Source of the DNA: Octopus vulgaris
Taxonomy: Eukaryota
Assembly: GCA_951406725.2 (NCBI GenBank)
Contig: OX597839.1
Span: 21,080,001 to 21,144,000 of the forward strand
Direction of reading: 5' to 3'
Length of the DNA: 64,000 bases
A program made the translations under genes and the position numbers. Below are positions 13,019 through 25,365 of the stretch, one piece after another. The first letter of the stretch is position 1. The number at the start of each line of letters is the position of its first letter. Under the pieces are notes generated by a model, which saw nothing but the letters and a program-made list of their open reading frames with translations, was not told where the DNA came from and searched no databases.

Positions 13019-13081
13019 TACTTATATATGTATATATATTTATATATTGAATATATGTACATACATGCATGTGTGTATACT

Positions 13082-13142
<61 letters not shown>

Positions 13143-13261
13143 GTAGACACCCTTTCTTTCTCTCTCTATCTTAGAAGAAGAAGAAAAACAAGAAATAAAA
13201 GGAAGAACTTTTATAATTTTCTACTGATATAAATATAAAGATATATATATATAGTATACAT

Positions 13262-13868
13262 GAGAAGAAGAAGAAGAGGAAGAAGAAGGAAGAAGAAGAG
13301 GAAGAAGAAGGAAGAAGAAGAGGAAGAAGAAGAGGAAGAAGAGGAAGAAGAAGAAGAGGAAGAAGAAGGAGGAGGAAGGGAAGAAGAAGGAAGAAGGAAG
13401 AAGAAGAAGAAGAAGAAGAATTTTCTGACCTGGAATTATGATTGTGTAACCCAAGTCTTTCGTATCACCACTTTTTTTTTTTATGTTCTTCCATTTTACT
13501 ACTTTTTTATTTTGGTGTTTTTTGTGCTGGAAATCTTGTTTTTATTATTATTATTATTATTATAATTTCTATCTTTTCCTTTTTATGTTTTTTTTTCTTT
13601 ACAATATTTAAAACAAAAAAACTTTTAAATATTTTTACTCATGCTTTTGAAGTATGTTTTTTTGGGAAGTTTTTTTTTTCCCTGAAATTATTGTGGTTTT
13701 GTGGAGTATGTCAGTAAACATCATCATCATCACCAACATCATTATCACCATCATCACCATCACCATCGTTATCATCATTGTCATCATGATTGTCATCGTC
13801 TTCATCAATGTTACCCTCTTCATCAGTGTTATTATCATCATCATCATCCCCCGACCCCAACATCTACC

Positions 13869-13899
<31 letters not shown>

Positions 13900-14090
13900 T
13901 GTCTCTCTCTCTCTCTCTGTCACAGAAGTGAAATAAATATTTTAAAAATTAGATTTTTAAAAAAATATGATGTTTAAATTTTTTGATTGGAAGTAAATGC
14001 AACCATGACAACAGAAGCTGCTACAAACAACAACAAACAATAGCAAAAACTGTAACTATAGCAACAACAACAGCAGCAACAACAAACAAG

Positions 14091-14123
<33 letters not shown>

Positions 14124-14508
14124 TGCAGCAACAACAGCAGCAACAACAACAGCAGCAGCAGCAACTGCAGCAACAACCACAAACAACAACAACAACAGCA
14201 GCAGCAACTGCAGCAACAACAGCAGCAACAACAGCAGCAACAACAACAACAGCAGCAACAACAGCAGCAACCACAAACAACAACAGCAACCACAAACAAC
14301 AACAACAGCAGCAACCACAAACAACAACAACAACAGCAGCAGCAACACCAACAACTGCAGCAACAACAACAGCAGCAGCAGCAGCACAACAACACAAATA
14401 GTAACAACACTGAGTACAAGAAAAAGTAAGAACAGCAGCAGCAGCAACAACAGCAACAACAAAACAACAACAGCAGCAACGGCAGCAGCAACAACAACAA
14501 CAACAACC
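13262..14508. repeat. (GAA)n, (CAT)n and (CAA/CAG)n microsatellite cluster
   Basis: Direct reading; yields poly-E/H/Q pseudo-ORFs. Confidence 0.9.
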
Positions 14509-14765
14509 ATTATACAGATTGTTTTATTTTTTAATAAAATATATATATATATGTATATAAATGTTCATTATTCGTTGGCTATTTTTGTAGACTCCCTTAT
14601 CCAACTTTTATCTATTTTGCTAAACAAGAAGCCAAACTCAGCCAATTTGTTTATGGAAGACCAGCAGTCACAACATACAGCCCGGTCTGGGAATCAAACT
14701 CACAACCTCACGAGCCCGGTCTGGGAATCAAACTCACAACCTCACGATCTTACAGATATACATAT

Positions 14766-14999
14766 ATATTTCTTTACTACCCACAAGGGGCTAAACACAG
14801 TGGGGACAAACAAGGACAGACAAACGGATTAAGTCGATTATATCGACCCCCAATGCACAAATGGTACTTAATTTATCGACCCCGAAAGGATGAAAGGCTA
14901 AGTCGACCTAGGTGGAATTTGAACCCAGGACGTAGTGGTAGACGAAATACGGCTACGCATTTCGCCCGACGTGCTAACGATTCTACCAGCTCGCCGCCT
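14766..14999 (-). mobile_element. tRNA-like SINE family B, full copy
   Basis: Minus strand GGCGGCGAGCTGGTAGAATCGTTAGCACG...CTTTCATCCTTTCGGGGTCGATAAATTAAGTACC...CCCCTTGTGGGTAGTAAAGAAATA; further copies near 15835, 44950, 49790, 55615 and 61200. Confidence 0.8.
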
Positions 15000-15007
15000 A
15001 TATGTAT

Positions 15008-15710
15008 CATCATCATCATTTAGCGTCCGCTTTCCATGCTAGCATGGGTTGGACGGTTCAACTGGAGGTCTGGGAAGCCAGAAGGCTGCACCAGGCCCAG
15101 TCTGATCTGGCAGTGTTTCCACAGCTGGATGCCCTTCCTAACGCCCACCACTCCATGAGTGTAGTGGGTGCTTTTTACATTCCACTGGCACAGGTGCCAG
15201 ACGGGGGCTGGCAAACAGCCACGGTCGGACGGTGCTATTTACGTGCCACCGGCACCGGGGCCAGGCGAGGCTGGCAACGGCTACGATCAGATGGTGCTTT
15301 TCACGTGCCACCGGCACTGAGGCCAATCGGGGTGGCGCTGGCAACGGCCACGGTCGGATGGTGCTTATTACGTGCCACCGGCACGGGGGCCAGGCGAGGC
15401 TGGCATCAGCCACGATCAGATGGTGCTTTTTACGTGCCACCGGCATGGAGGCCAGTCAGGGCAGCGCTGGCAACGGCCACGATCGGATGGTTCGCTTACG
15501 TGCCACCGGCACTGGTATCACAGCTGCAATTTCCATTGATGTTGATCGACTTCGATTTTGGTTGATTTTCACTTGCCTCAACAGGTCTTCACAAGTGGAG
15601 TTTTGTGTCCCAAGAAAGAAAGGTATACATAAGTCAACTGGCTACATCCCAGGTAGAGGCCACGGGTTATGGTCTCACTAGTCCTGCCGGCCCTTCTCAC
15701 GCACAGCACA
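15008..15710 (-). mobile_element. RTE LINE 3' end with internal ~60-bp tandem repeats and (GAT)n tail
   Basis: Homologous to the sequence following the RTE ORF at 26160-26716; related pieces at 54107-54630, 56013-56500 and 63898-64000. Confidence 0.7.
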
Positions 15711-16108
15711 TATATATATATATACATATATATATAATAATAATAGTAGGGAATATAATTCCAAAACTTACAGGGAAAAATTCAATTTAACAATTTTAAA
15801 TCAAATTTCACAATATAAAATATACGTATATATATATTTCTTTACTACCTACAAGGGGCCAAACACAGAGGGGACAAACAAGGACAGACAAATGGATTAA
15901 GTCGATTACATCAACCCCAGTGCGTAACTGGTACTTAATTTATTGACCCCGAAAGGATGAAAGGTAAAGTCGACCTCAGTGGAATTTGAACTCAGAACGT
16001 AATGGCAGACGAAATACAGCTACACATTTCTCCCGGCATGCTAATGTTTCTGCCAGCTCACCGCCCTGTATATAATTTAGAGAAAAACCTCTATAAAAAC
16101 CCTATATT

Positions 16109-16140
<32 letters not shown>

Positions 16141-16548
16141 TACGACGGGCTTCTTCTAGTTTTCATCTACCAAATCCACTCACAAGGCTTTGGTCAGCCC
16201 GGGGCTATAGTAGAAGACACTTGCCCAAGGTGCCACGCAGTAAGACTGAACCTGGAACCATATGGTTGGTAAGCAAGCTACTTACCACATATATATATAT
16301 ATATATATGTGTGTATGTATGTTTGTCCCCCCACCCCAACATCGCTTGACAACCGATGTTGGTGTATGTCTGCATCCCCATAACTTAGTGGTTCAACAAA
16401 AGAGACCAATAGAATAAGTAATAAGCTTACGAGGAATAAGTCCTTTGTAAGGGGTCGATTTGCTCGACTAAAGGCCGTGCTCCAGCATGGTCACAGTCAA
16501 ATGACTGAAACAAGTAAAGGAATAAAAAAATATATAATACCAACATAT

Positions 16549-16950
16549 AGGCATTGGAGTGGCTGTGTGGTAAGTAGCTTGCTTACCAACCACATGGTTC
16601 CGGGTTCAGTCCCACTGCATGGCACCTTGGGCAAGTGTCTTCTACTATAGCCTCGAATCGACCAAAGCCTTGTGAGTGGATTTGGTAGACGGAAACTGAA
16701 AGAAGCCCATCGCATATATGTATATATATGTGTGTGTATATGTTTGTGTGTCTGTGTTTGTCCCCCCAACATCACTTGACAACCGATGGTGGTGTGTTTA
16801 CGTCCCCGTACCTAGCGGTTCGGCAAAAGAGACCGATAGAATAAGTACTGGGCTTCCAAAGAACAATTCCTGGGGTCGATTTGCTCGACTAAAAGGTGGC
16901 GCTCCAGCTTGGCCACAGTCAAATGACTGAAACAAGTAAAAGAGAAAGAG
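16549..16950 (+). mobile_element. tRNA-derived SINE family A, full copy with internal TA/TG microsatellite
   Basis: Head GGAGTGGCTGTGTGGTAAG...GGTTCAGTCCC, central (TA/TG)n, tail CAGTCAAATGACTGAAACAAGTAAAAGAG; many copies (e.g. 34230-34620, 39545-39905, 44535-44932, 49170-49605, 52370-52788). Confidence 0.85.
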
Positions 16951-17104
16951 AAAAATATACATATATATGTGTAGTAGTAGTAGTAGTAGTAGTAGTAGCA
17001 GCAGCAGAGAAAGCCTTAGTGTATCTTTGGTGGTCCTTCATTTGTTATTTATTTATGGACAGCTATATGAGCGAGATGATTGATCTATTAGAGACCATAG
17101 CTAA

Positions 17105-17170
17105 ATAGATGAATAGGTGGATGGGTATCTGGGGGTATCTGGCTGGCTGGCTGGCTGGCTGGGAGGGAGG

Positions 17171-17245
<75 letters not shown>

Positions 17246-18707
17246 GGATGGATGGATCGGATTAATGGATTGAAGACTGGTTTGATGGATGACTGAAGAT
17301 TTGGATGGATAGGTGGATAGATGGATGGGTGGATGGATGGATTGATGGATGGATGGATGGATTGGTGGATGGATTGATGGATGGATGGATGGATCGGATT
17401 AATGGATTGAAGACTGGTTTGATGGATGACTGAAGATTTGGATGGATGGATGGATAGTTGTCTGGCTGGTTGGCCAGTTTGTTGGTTAACTAGGTGGTTG
17501 GGTGGCTGACTGGCTACATGGTCCAATGGAATGGCTGAAGGAGTGGCCGGTTGGCTGAACTGCTAGCTGGCTGGCTGGCTGAATCACTGACTGGCTGGCT
17601 GGTTGGTTGGCTGGCTGGTTGTCTGGTTGGCTGGTTTGGATGGTTAGATTAAAAGGTCATTGAACAATGAACTGTTGTGTGGTGGAGGAGGATTTAAGAA
17701 TATGTCAATTGAAACAATCAACAGATGGAACTGAAGAGAAAGGATGGTGATGGTGGTGGTGGTGATGAGAAGGAGGACTATGATGATGATGATGATGGTA
17801 GTGGAGGTGGTGGCGATGACAATGACAACCTTGATGATAATGGTAGAGGTGTTGGTGTTGGTGATGGTAGTGGGGGGTGTTGATGAATAGAAGGAGGCCT
17901 CCAAGATGATGACGACCTTGATGATAATGGCAGTGGTGACGGTGGTGATGATGGCGGTGTTGGTGGTGGCAGTGATGGTTATGGCAGTGATGATGTAATC
18001 AGAAGGAGGATAACAGCAACAACAACAATGACGACGATAACGATGATGATAATAATGATGATGGCGGTGTTGGTGGTGGTGGTGATGATGGTGGTGTTGG
18101 TGGTGGCAGTGATGGTGGTGGTGGTGGTGATGATGGTGGTGGTGGTGGTGGTGATGATGGTGGTGGTGGTGGTGGTGGTGTTGGTGGTGGCAGTGATGGT
18201 GGTGGTGGTGGTGATGATGGTGGTGGTGGTGGTGGTGATGATGGTGGTGGTGGTGGTGGTGATGATGGTGGTGGTGGTGGTGATGATGGTGGTGGTGGTA
18301 GTGGTGATGATGGCGGTGTTGGTGGTGGTGGTGATGATGGTGGTGTTGGTGGTGGTGGTGGTGGTGATGATGGTGGTGTGATGGTGGTGGTGGTGGTGGT
18401 GATGATGGTGGTGGTGGTGATGGTGGTGATGATGGTGGTGATGATGGTGGTGTTGGTGGTGGTGATGATAGTGGTGGTGGTGGTGATGATGGCGGTGTTG
18501 GTGGTGGCAGTGATGATGTGATGAGAAGGAGGATGTCAGCAACAACAACATTGACGACGATGACGATGATGATAATAATGATGGTGGTGGTGGTGGTGGT
18601 GGTGGTGGTCATCATGATCATGGCGATGATGAGGAGGAGGAAGAGGAAGACAACAACGGCAACGATGATGATGGCGAGAACAACAACAACAACAAAGACG
18701 ATGATGA

Positions 18708-18741
<34 letters not shown>

Positions 18742-19335
18742 GGTGGTGGTGGTGGTGGTGGTGGTGGTGGTGGTGCTTCTGAGCTCTAAGTTTAACATTT
18801 AACATCATCGTTTGTATCATTTCTCAGATCACCTGAAGAGACAGTCTTAACATGTGCTCCTTTGCGTGTGTCTGTGTCTGTGTGTCTATGTCTGTGTGTG
18901 TGTGTGTGTGTATCTGTATGTGTCTGTGTGTCTATATGCACGTGTGTGTATGTGTGTGCATGTGTATCTGTATGTGTGTGTGTGTGTCTGTGTGTCTATA
19001 TGCGTGTGTGTGTATGTGTGTGCATGTGTATCTGTATGTGTGTGTGTGTGTCTGTGTGTCTATATGCACGTGTGTGTATGTGTGTGCATGTGTATCTGTA
19101 TGTGTGTCTGTGTGTCTATATGCACGTGTGTGCATGTGTATCTGTATGTGTGTGTGTGTCTGTGTGTCTATATGTGTGTATGTGTGTGCATGTGTATGTG
19201 CATGTGTATGTGTATCTGTATGTGTGCGTGTGTGCATGTATGTTGTGCATGTATATGTGTGTGCATGTGTCTGTGTGTGTGCATGTGATTATGTTTATGT
19301 GTGTGTGTTTTTGTGTGTGTGTGTGTGTGTGTGTG
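17105..19335. repeat. GATT/GGAT/GGCT tetranucleotide, GGT/GAT trinucleotide and TG microsatellite blocks
   Basis: Direct reading. Confidence 0.9.
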
Positions 19336-19954
19336 CTTTATCGTTTGTCTCATTCCATGAGGGATTGAGTTCACAGTGTTAAAATGGATGGTAATTTCTG
19401 TAGTGGTGGGCCTGACGAGATGGGCATTCTCCTCCTCCTCCTCCTCCTCACAACCACCATCGCCACCACTACACTGTTGTCTCCACCACTGCTACTGCTA
19501 CTGCTACTGCCACCCCTGCTGCTGCTAGTCCCAATTTTACTGCTACTACGACGACCCCCCCTCTACTCCCACCACCACCATCACCACCACCACACCAATC
19601 ATTCCCCTCTTCTTCTTTCCCATCCTCTTCATCCTCATCCATACCATGACAACCACCACCACTGCTTCCACCACTACAACTGCTACTGCTGCTGCCACTG
19701 CTGCTACCATGACCCTCTCTACCCCCCCACCACCACTGCTACCTCTGCTGCTACCATGACACCTCCTCTACCTTCACCACCACCACCCCCACCCCAATCA
19801 ATCCCCTCCTCTTACTTCTCATCCCCTTCATCCTCATAACATCTCCACTACTGCTGCTACTACTGCATCCTCAACACCCTCTACCACTACCATGCCAACC
19901 ACCCACCTCCTCATCACTACCCACCCTGCCACCATCATCACCATCAGCAAGAGT

Positions 19955-20310
19955 GGAGGCGCAATGGCCCAGTGGTTAGGGCAGCGGACTCGCAGTAAGA
20001 GGATCGCAGTTTCGGTTCCCAGACTGGGCGTTGTGTGTGTGTTTATTGAGCGAAAACACCTAAAATTCCACGAGGCTCCTGCAGAGGGGGTGGTGGCGAC
20101 CCCTGTTGTACTCTTTCGCTCCAACTTTCTCCCACTCTTTCTTCCTGTTTCTTGTCCCCCGACTTCCTATGCAACCGCTGAGCCTGGATGAGCATTCAAC
20201 CATCCGTCAATGCTCTTGGTGTCGGGGGTTGACCTGCTTTCTCTTCTGCAGGTCTTACAAATAGCAAAGGACCACGTTTCGGACTTCTCCCACAGGGACG
20301 AAGACCGCTC
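19955..20310 (+). mobile_element. tRNA-derived SINE family C
   Basis: A-box-like TGGCCCAGTGG and B-box-like GTTTCGGTTCC; body shared with copies at 42572 and 51231. Confidence 0.8.
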
Positions 20311-20959
20311 AACAAACAAACAAACCATCAGCAAGCAGACCTGCCATTATCACTGACCCCCACCAGGGAACTGGGTTATAGGTACCCCACCCCTAATGAT
20401 GAATCATTGGTTGGTGACAGCATTGACCATTCATTGGTCTGATCCACTGAACCACCAACTCATTAAATTATTGTACAGGTGGCTGAGTACTCCACAGATG
20501 TATGAAGCTCTTAACATAATTCTCAGGCTAAGGCCAGGCTCTCCATTGATTACAATTTCAAGTGGCTGAGTACCCCACAGACTTGCACACGCTTATTGTA
20601 GTTCTCGGCCAGATTAGATGTGACACGGAATGCAACAAGGCTGGCCTTTTGAATTATAGGTAGAACTAATTTTTGCTAGCCGAGTGTACTGGAGCAATGT
20701 GGAATAAAGTGTCTTGCTCAAGGACGCAACACATCACCAAGAATTGAACTCACGACCTTGTGATCATAAGCCAAATACTCAACTACTTAGCTACGTGCCT
20801 TCATATAGGCACAAGAATGGCTGTGTGGTAAGTAGCTTGCTTACCAACCACATGGTTCCGGGTTCAGTCCCACTGTATTGGCACCTTAGGCAAGTGTCTT
20901 CTACTATAGCCTCGGGCCGAACAAAGGCTTGTGAGTGGATTTGGTAGAAGATGGGGGGG

Positions 20960-22038
20960 AGATGAGGAGGAGGAAGAGGAATAAGATGAGGAGGAGGAGG
21001 AAGAAGATGAGGAAGAGGAGGAAGATGAGGAGGGTGATGGTGAGGAGGAGGAAGATGAGGAGAGGAGGAGGAAGAGGAGGAGAGGAGGAGGAAGAGGAGG
21101 AAGAGGAGGAGGAAGAGGAGGAGGGTGATGGTGAGGAAGAAGATGAGGAGGAGGAGAAAGACGAGGGGGAGGAGGAAGATGAGGAAGAGAGGAGGAGGAG
21201 GGTGATGGTGAGGAAGAAGAGGAGGAGGAAGAGAAAGACGAAAGGGAAGAGGTGGAGGAGGAGGAAGAAGAGAAAGAAGAGAGGGAGGAGGAGGAGGATG
21301 ATGAAGAGGAAGGAGGAGGGTGATGGTGAGGAAGAAGAGGAAGACGGTGATGGTGATAACAACAAGGATGAGGATGATGATGACGACAATGACAACAATG
21401 AAGATGGCAATGATGAGGATGAGGAGGAAGATGACAAGGATGGCAACGATGAGGAGGAGGAGGAGGAGGATGACAGCAATAATGATGATGATGATGATGA
21501 TGATGATTACGATAATGATTTTGAGGAGGAGGAGGATAACAATGATGATGATGATGATGATGATGAGACTGAAAGCAATGAAATCAAAAAAATAAACAGA
21601 AAAAATAAACAAAGATAAAAAAAAACCGCCACCCCCACCCCACCCCACTTCCACTGACAGCAAAAACAAATAATTTTTAAAAAGTATTTGAATTTCAGAA
21701 GTTTAAAGTCAAGATGATATTTAAACAACAAATACACACTTAAACGCACAGACACAGCCATGGGATCAAATACACACACACACATACACACACACACACA
21801 TACAGATGTGCACACGGATGCAGAGACACATTGAACCACAGATACAAAGATAGACACACAACATATTCATCCATTTAAACAACATCATCATCATCGTTGT
21901 CGTCATCATCATCATCATCATCATCATCAACATCATCATCAACATCATCATCAACATCATCATCATCAACATCATCATCATCAACATCATCAACATCATC
22001 AACATCATCAACATCATCATCATCATCAACATCATCAA

Positions 22039-22079
<41 letters not shown>

Positions 22080-22089
22080 ACATCATCAA

Positions 22090-22124
<35 letters not shown>

Positions 22125-22143
22125 ACATCATCAACATCATCAA

Positions 22144-22181
<38 letters not shown>

Positions 22182-22303
22182 ACATCATCATCAACATCAT
22201 CATCATCATCATCATCATCAACAACATCATCCTCACCATTGCTGCCGTCACCTTCGTCGTCCTCCTCCTCCTTCCCCCTCACATTCATCATCATCATCAT
22301 CAT
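20960..22303. repeat. (GAG/GAA/GAT)n and (CAT)n microsatellites
   Basis: Direct reading. Confidence 0.9.
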
Positions 22304-22666
22304 TGTATAGACAGATATAGACCAACGGATTCAGAGACAAATGCATCGACCCCCAAAGGGATACACCATAACATAATGAAGACCAACACACACACACACA
22401 CACACAGAATGACAAACACATACAGATTCAGACAAATACACTGCCCCGTGGGTACACACACAGACCCATGCACAGACACACACACACACACACATACAAA
22501 TATACATACACACGCACATGTGTATGGCCATGTGGTAAGAAGTTTGCAGAAGACCTCCATGTGTCAGAAGGAACAGACAGAAATATTATCCACAAAGACA
22601 TCAGATATAAGTCTTATATGAAGAGAAAAAGGTTAATTTGTCACAAAAAGCAAAAGAAAATCATGA

Positions 22667-23377
22667 GGCGCAGGAGTGGCTGTGTGGTAAGTAGCTTGCT
22701 AACCAACCACATGGTTCCAGGTTCAGTCCCACTGCGTGACACCTTGGGCAAGTGTCTTCTGCTATAGCCCCGGGCCGACCAAAGCCTTGTGAGTGGATTT
22801 GGTAGACGGAAACTGAAAGAAGCCTGTCGTGTGTATATATATATATATAGGCGCAGGAGTGGCTGTGTGGTAAGTAGCTTGCTAACCAACCACATGGTTC
22901 CGGGTTCAGTCCCACTGCGTGACACCTTGGGCAAGTGTCTTCTGCTATAGCCCCGGGCCGACCAAAGCCTTGTGAGTGGATTTGGTAGACGGAAACTGAA
23001 AGAAGCCTGTCGTGTGTATATATATATATATAGGCGCAGGAGTGGCTGTGTGGTAAGTAGCTTGCTAACCAACCACATGGTTCCGGGTTCAGTCCCACTG
23101 CGTGACACCTTGGGCAAGTGTCTTCTGCTATAGCCCCGGGCCGACCAAAGCCTTGTGAGTGGATTTGGTAGACGGAAACTGAAAGAAGCCTGTCGTGTGT
23201 ATATATATATATATAGGCGCAGGAGTGGCTGTGTGGTAAGTAGCTTGCTAACCAACCACATGGTTCCGGGTTCAGTCCCACTGCGTGACACCTTGGGCAA
23301 GTGTCTTCTGCTATAGCCCCGGGCCGACCAAAGCCTTGTGAGTGGATTTGGTAGACAGAAACTGAAAGAAGCCTGTC

Positions 23378-23443
<66 letters not shown>

Positions 23444-23648
23444 TTGTGTGTCTGTGTTTGTCCCCCTAGCATTGCTTGACAACCGATGCTGGTGTGTTTA
23501 CGTCCCCATCACTTAGCGGTTCGGCAAAAGAGACCGATAGAATAAGTACTGGGCTTACAAAGAATAAGTCCCGGGGTCGATTTGCCCGACTAAAGGCGGT
23601 GCTCCAGCATGGCCGCAGTCAAATGACTGAAACAAGTAAGAGTAAGAG
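22667..23648 (+). mobile_element. SINE family A with four tandem 183-bp 5' halves followed by one 3' half
   Basis: GGCGCAGGAGTGG starts at 22667, 22850, 23033 and 23216; units near-identical. Confidence 0.9.
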
Positions 23649-23653
23649 TAATA

Positions 23654-24545
23654 TCTTTATATATAAAACTGTAGTTGTGTGAGTGTCTGTCCCCTTCGAT
23701 TTAGATTCCTAACTACTCCCACATTTTGCGGTGCAGTTTAACCAAAACCGGGTATCTTATAGTCGTGATTCATATCGAGCCCGTCTGGCTATTAGCGCGC
23801 GTCTACGATGAGTCTACGATTTTAAAAATAATTTAACTATCATTTTTTATTCCATTTTAATGCATAAAATGCATCGTATGTCGATGGCGTCCATGGTCAC
23901 ACCCGCACCTGTTTGCTTCTCCCCCTTCCCTCCCTCGTGAAGCTGTGGGGAAGGGAGTGTAAAGAAATCAACGTCGTAATGCGTTGTGAAGGAAACCAGC
24001 GTTCTTTTAGAACAACGACTTCATGGCTTGAAGACACCAAAACAAAAATGGCTAAGTAAGCCCGAATTTATAAGGGAAGTAACTCTCTAAAAATGCTTAT
24101 ATAGTTATTTCCCTTACAAACCCGAGCAACGCCGGGCGATATTGCTAGTCTTTATATATAAAAGTGAAGTTGTGTCTGTCTCCTACAATTTAGATTCCTA
24201 ACTACTCCCATATTTTGCGGTGCAGTTTAACCAAAACCGGGTATCTTATAGTCGTGATTCATATTGAGCCCTTCTGGGTATTAGCGCACGTCTACGATGA
24301 GTCTACGATTTAAAAAGAAATTTACCATCATTTTTTTCCATTTTAATGCATTTTTTTCGCTATTATATAAGGGAAGTAACTCTCTAAAAATGTCTACGAA
24401 GAGTCAAAGATTTAAAAAAAAATTACCATAATTTTTTTTCCATTTTTAATGCATTTTTTTTGCTATTTTTTGGCTATAACTCTCTAAAAATGCTTATATA
24501 GTTATTTCCCTTACAAATCCGAGCAACGCCGGGCGATACTGCTAG
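23654..24545 (+). mobile_element. Head-to-tail pair of non-autonomous Helitron-like elements (23654-24148, 24149-24545)
   Basis: A|TC start, CCCGAGCAACGCCGGG hairpin, CTAG|TC junction at 24148/24149, final CTAG|T. Confidence 0.8.
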
Positions 24546-24559
24546 TCAGATCTAAAAGG

Positions 24560-25085
24560 CTCTTAAACAAACTAAAAAATCCAACAGAAGAAGATTTGAT
24601 TTGGATTTACTCAGACGAGAAAAACTTCAACCAAGATCAAAAAGTCAACAGAAGAAATGACCAATGGTTATATGCAGACCCTTCTGAAGTCCCAAGTGTT
24701 GTGCATACAGAGTTTCCTGTAACTGTCATGGTTTTAGGGGTTGTCAGCAATGAAGGAACTTGTGATGCCTCCTTACTTCTTTCCACAGAGTTAACTCTGC
24801 TGCCTACATTGGGGTCCTGGAAACAGTTGTTAAGTCCTGGATAGACAGTGTATGCAATGGAAGGCCATATGTGTTTCAGTAAGACTCTGCACTATCAGAC
24901 ATGGCTCTAGTAACACAGGAATGGATGGCTGAAAATTTTCCTGATCACATAACCCCTAACATTTGGCCTCCTAATTCTCCAGATCTCAATCCATTGGACT
25001 ATTACATGTGAAGCGTTGTTGAGAGAGAGGTCAATGAACATATCCATAACACCAAAGATTCTTTGAAAACTGCCATAGTCAGAGT
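24560..25085 (+). mobile_element. Decayed DD37D/maT-like Tc1/mariner transposase fragment
   Basis: IWIYSDEKNFNQDQKVNRRND...VMVLGVVSNEG and WPPNSPDLNPLDYY with stops and frameshifts. Confidence 0.8.
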
Positions 25086-25159
25086 AAAGCAATGTTGGGG
25101 GACAAACACAGATACACAAACATATACACATACACACACACACACACATATATATATAG

Positions 25160-25207
<48 letters not shown>

Positions 25208-25365
25208 CGAAACGATCGTACCAAATTACCGGGGTCATTCTTGTTGCTTATTTTGATTATAATCACCCCACGGATTTTTATGGATAACACCATACAGAAT
25301 TCTGGTGCATCTAAATTAAGTACCATATTCATTTGTACCTAAATTTTTGCTGAACTTATTTATAT

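Noticed and set aside
18780-18850. Possible minus-strand exon after tcttcAG
   Set aside because: Runs directly into a microsatellite, with no donor or recognisable protein similarity
13974-22310. Poly-Q, poly-H, poly-E and poly-D ORFs as low-complexity proteins
   Set aside because: Trinucleotide microsatellites with no convincing splice sites or unique domains
22641-23482. 219-aa and 273-aa repetitive ORFs
   Set aside because: Read-through of four tandem 183-bp SINE heads (period divisible by 3)
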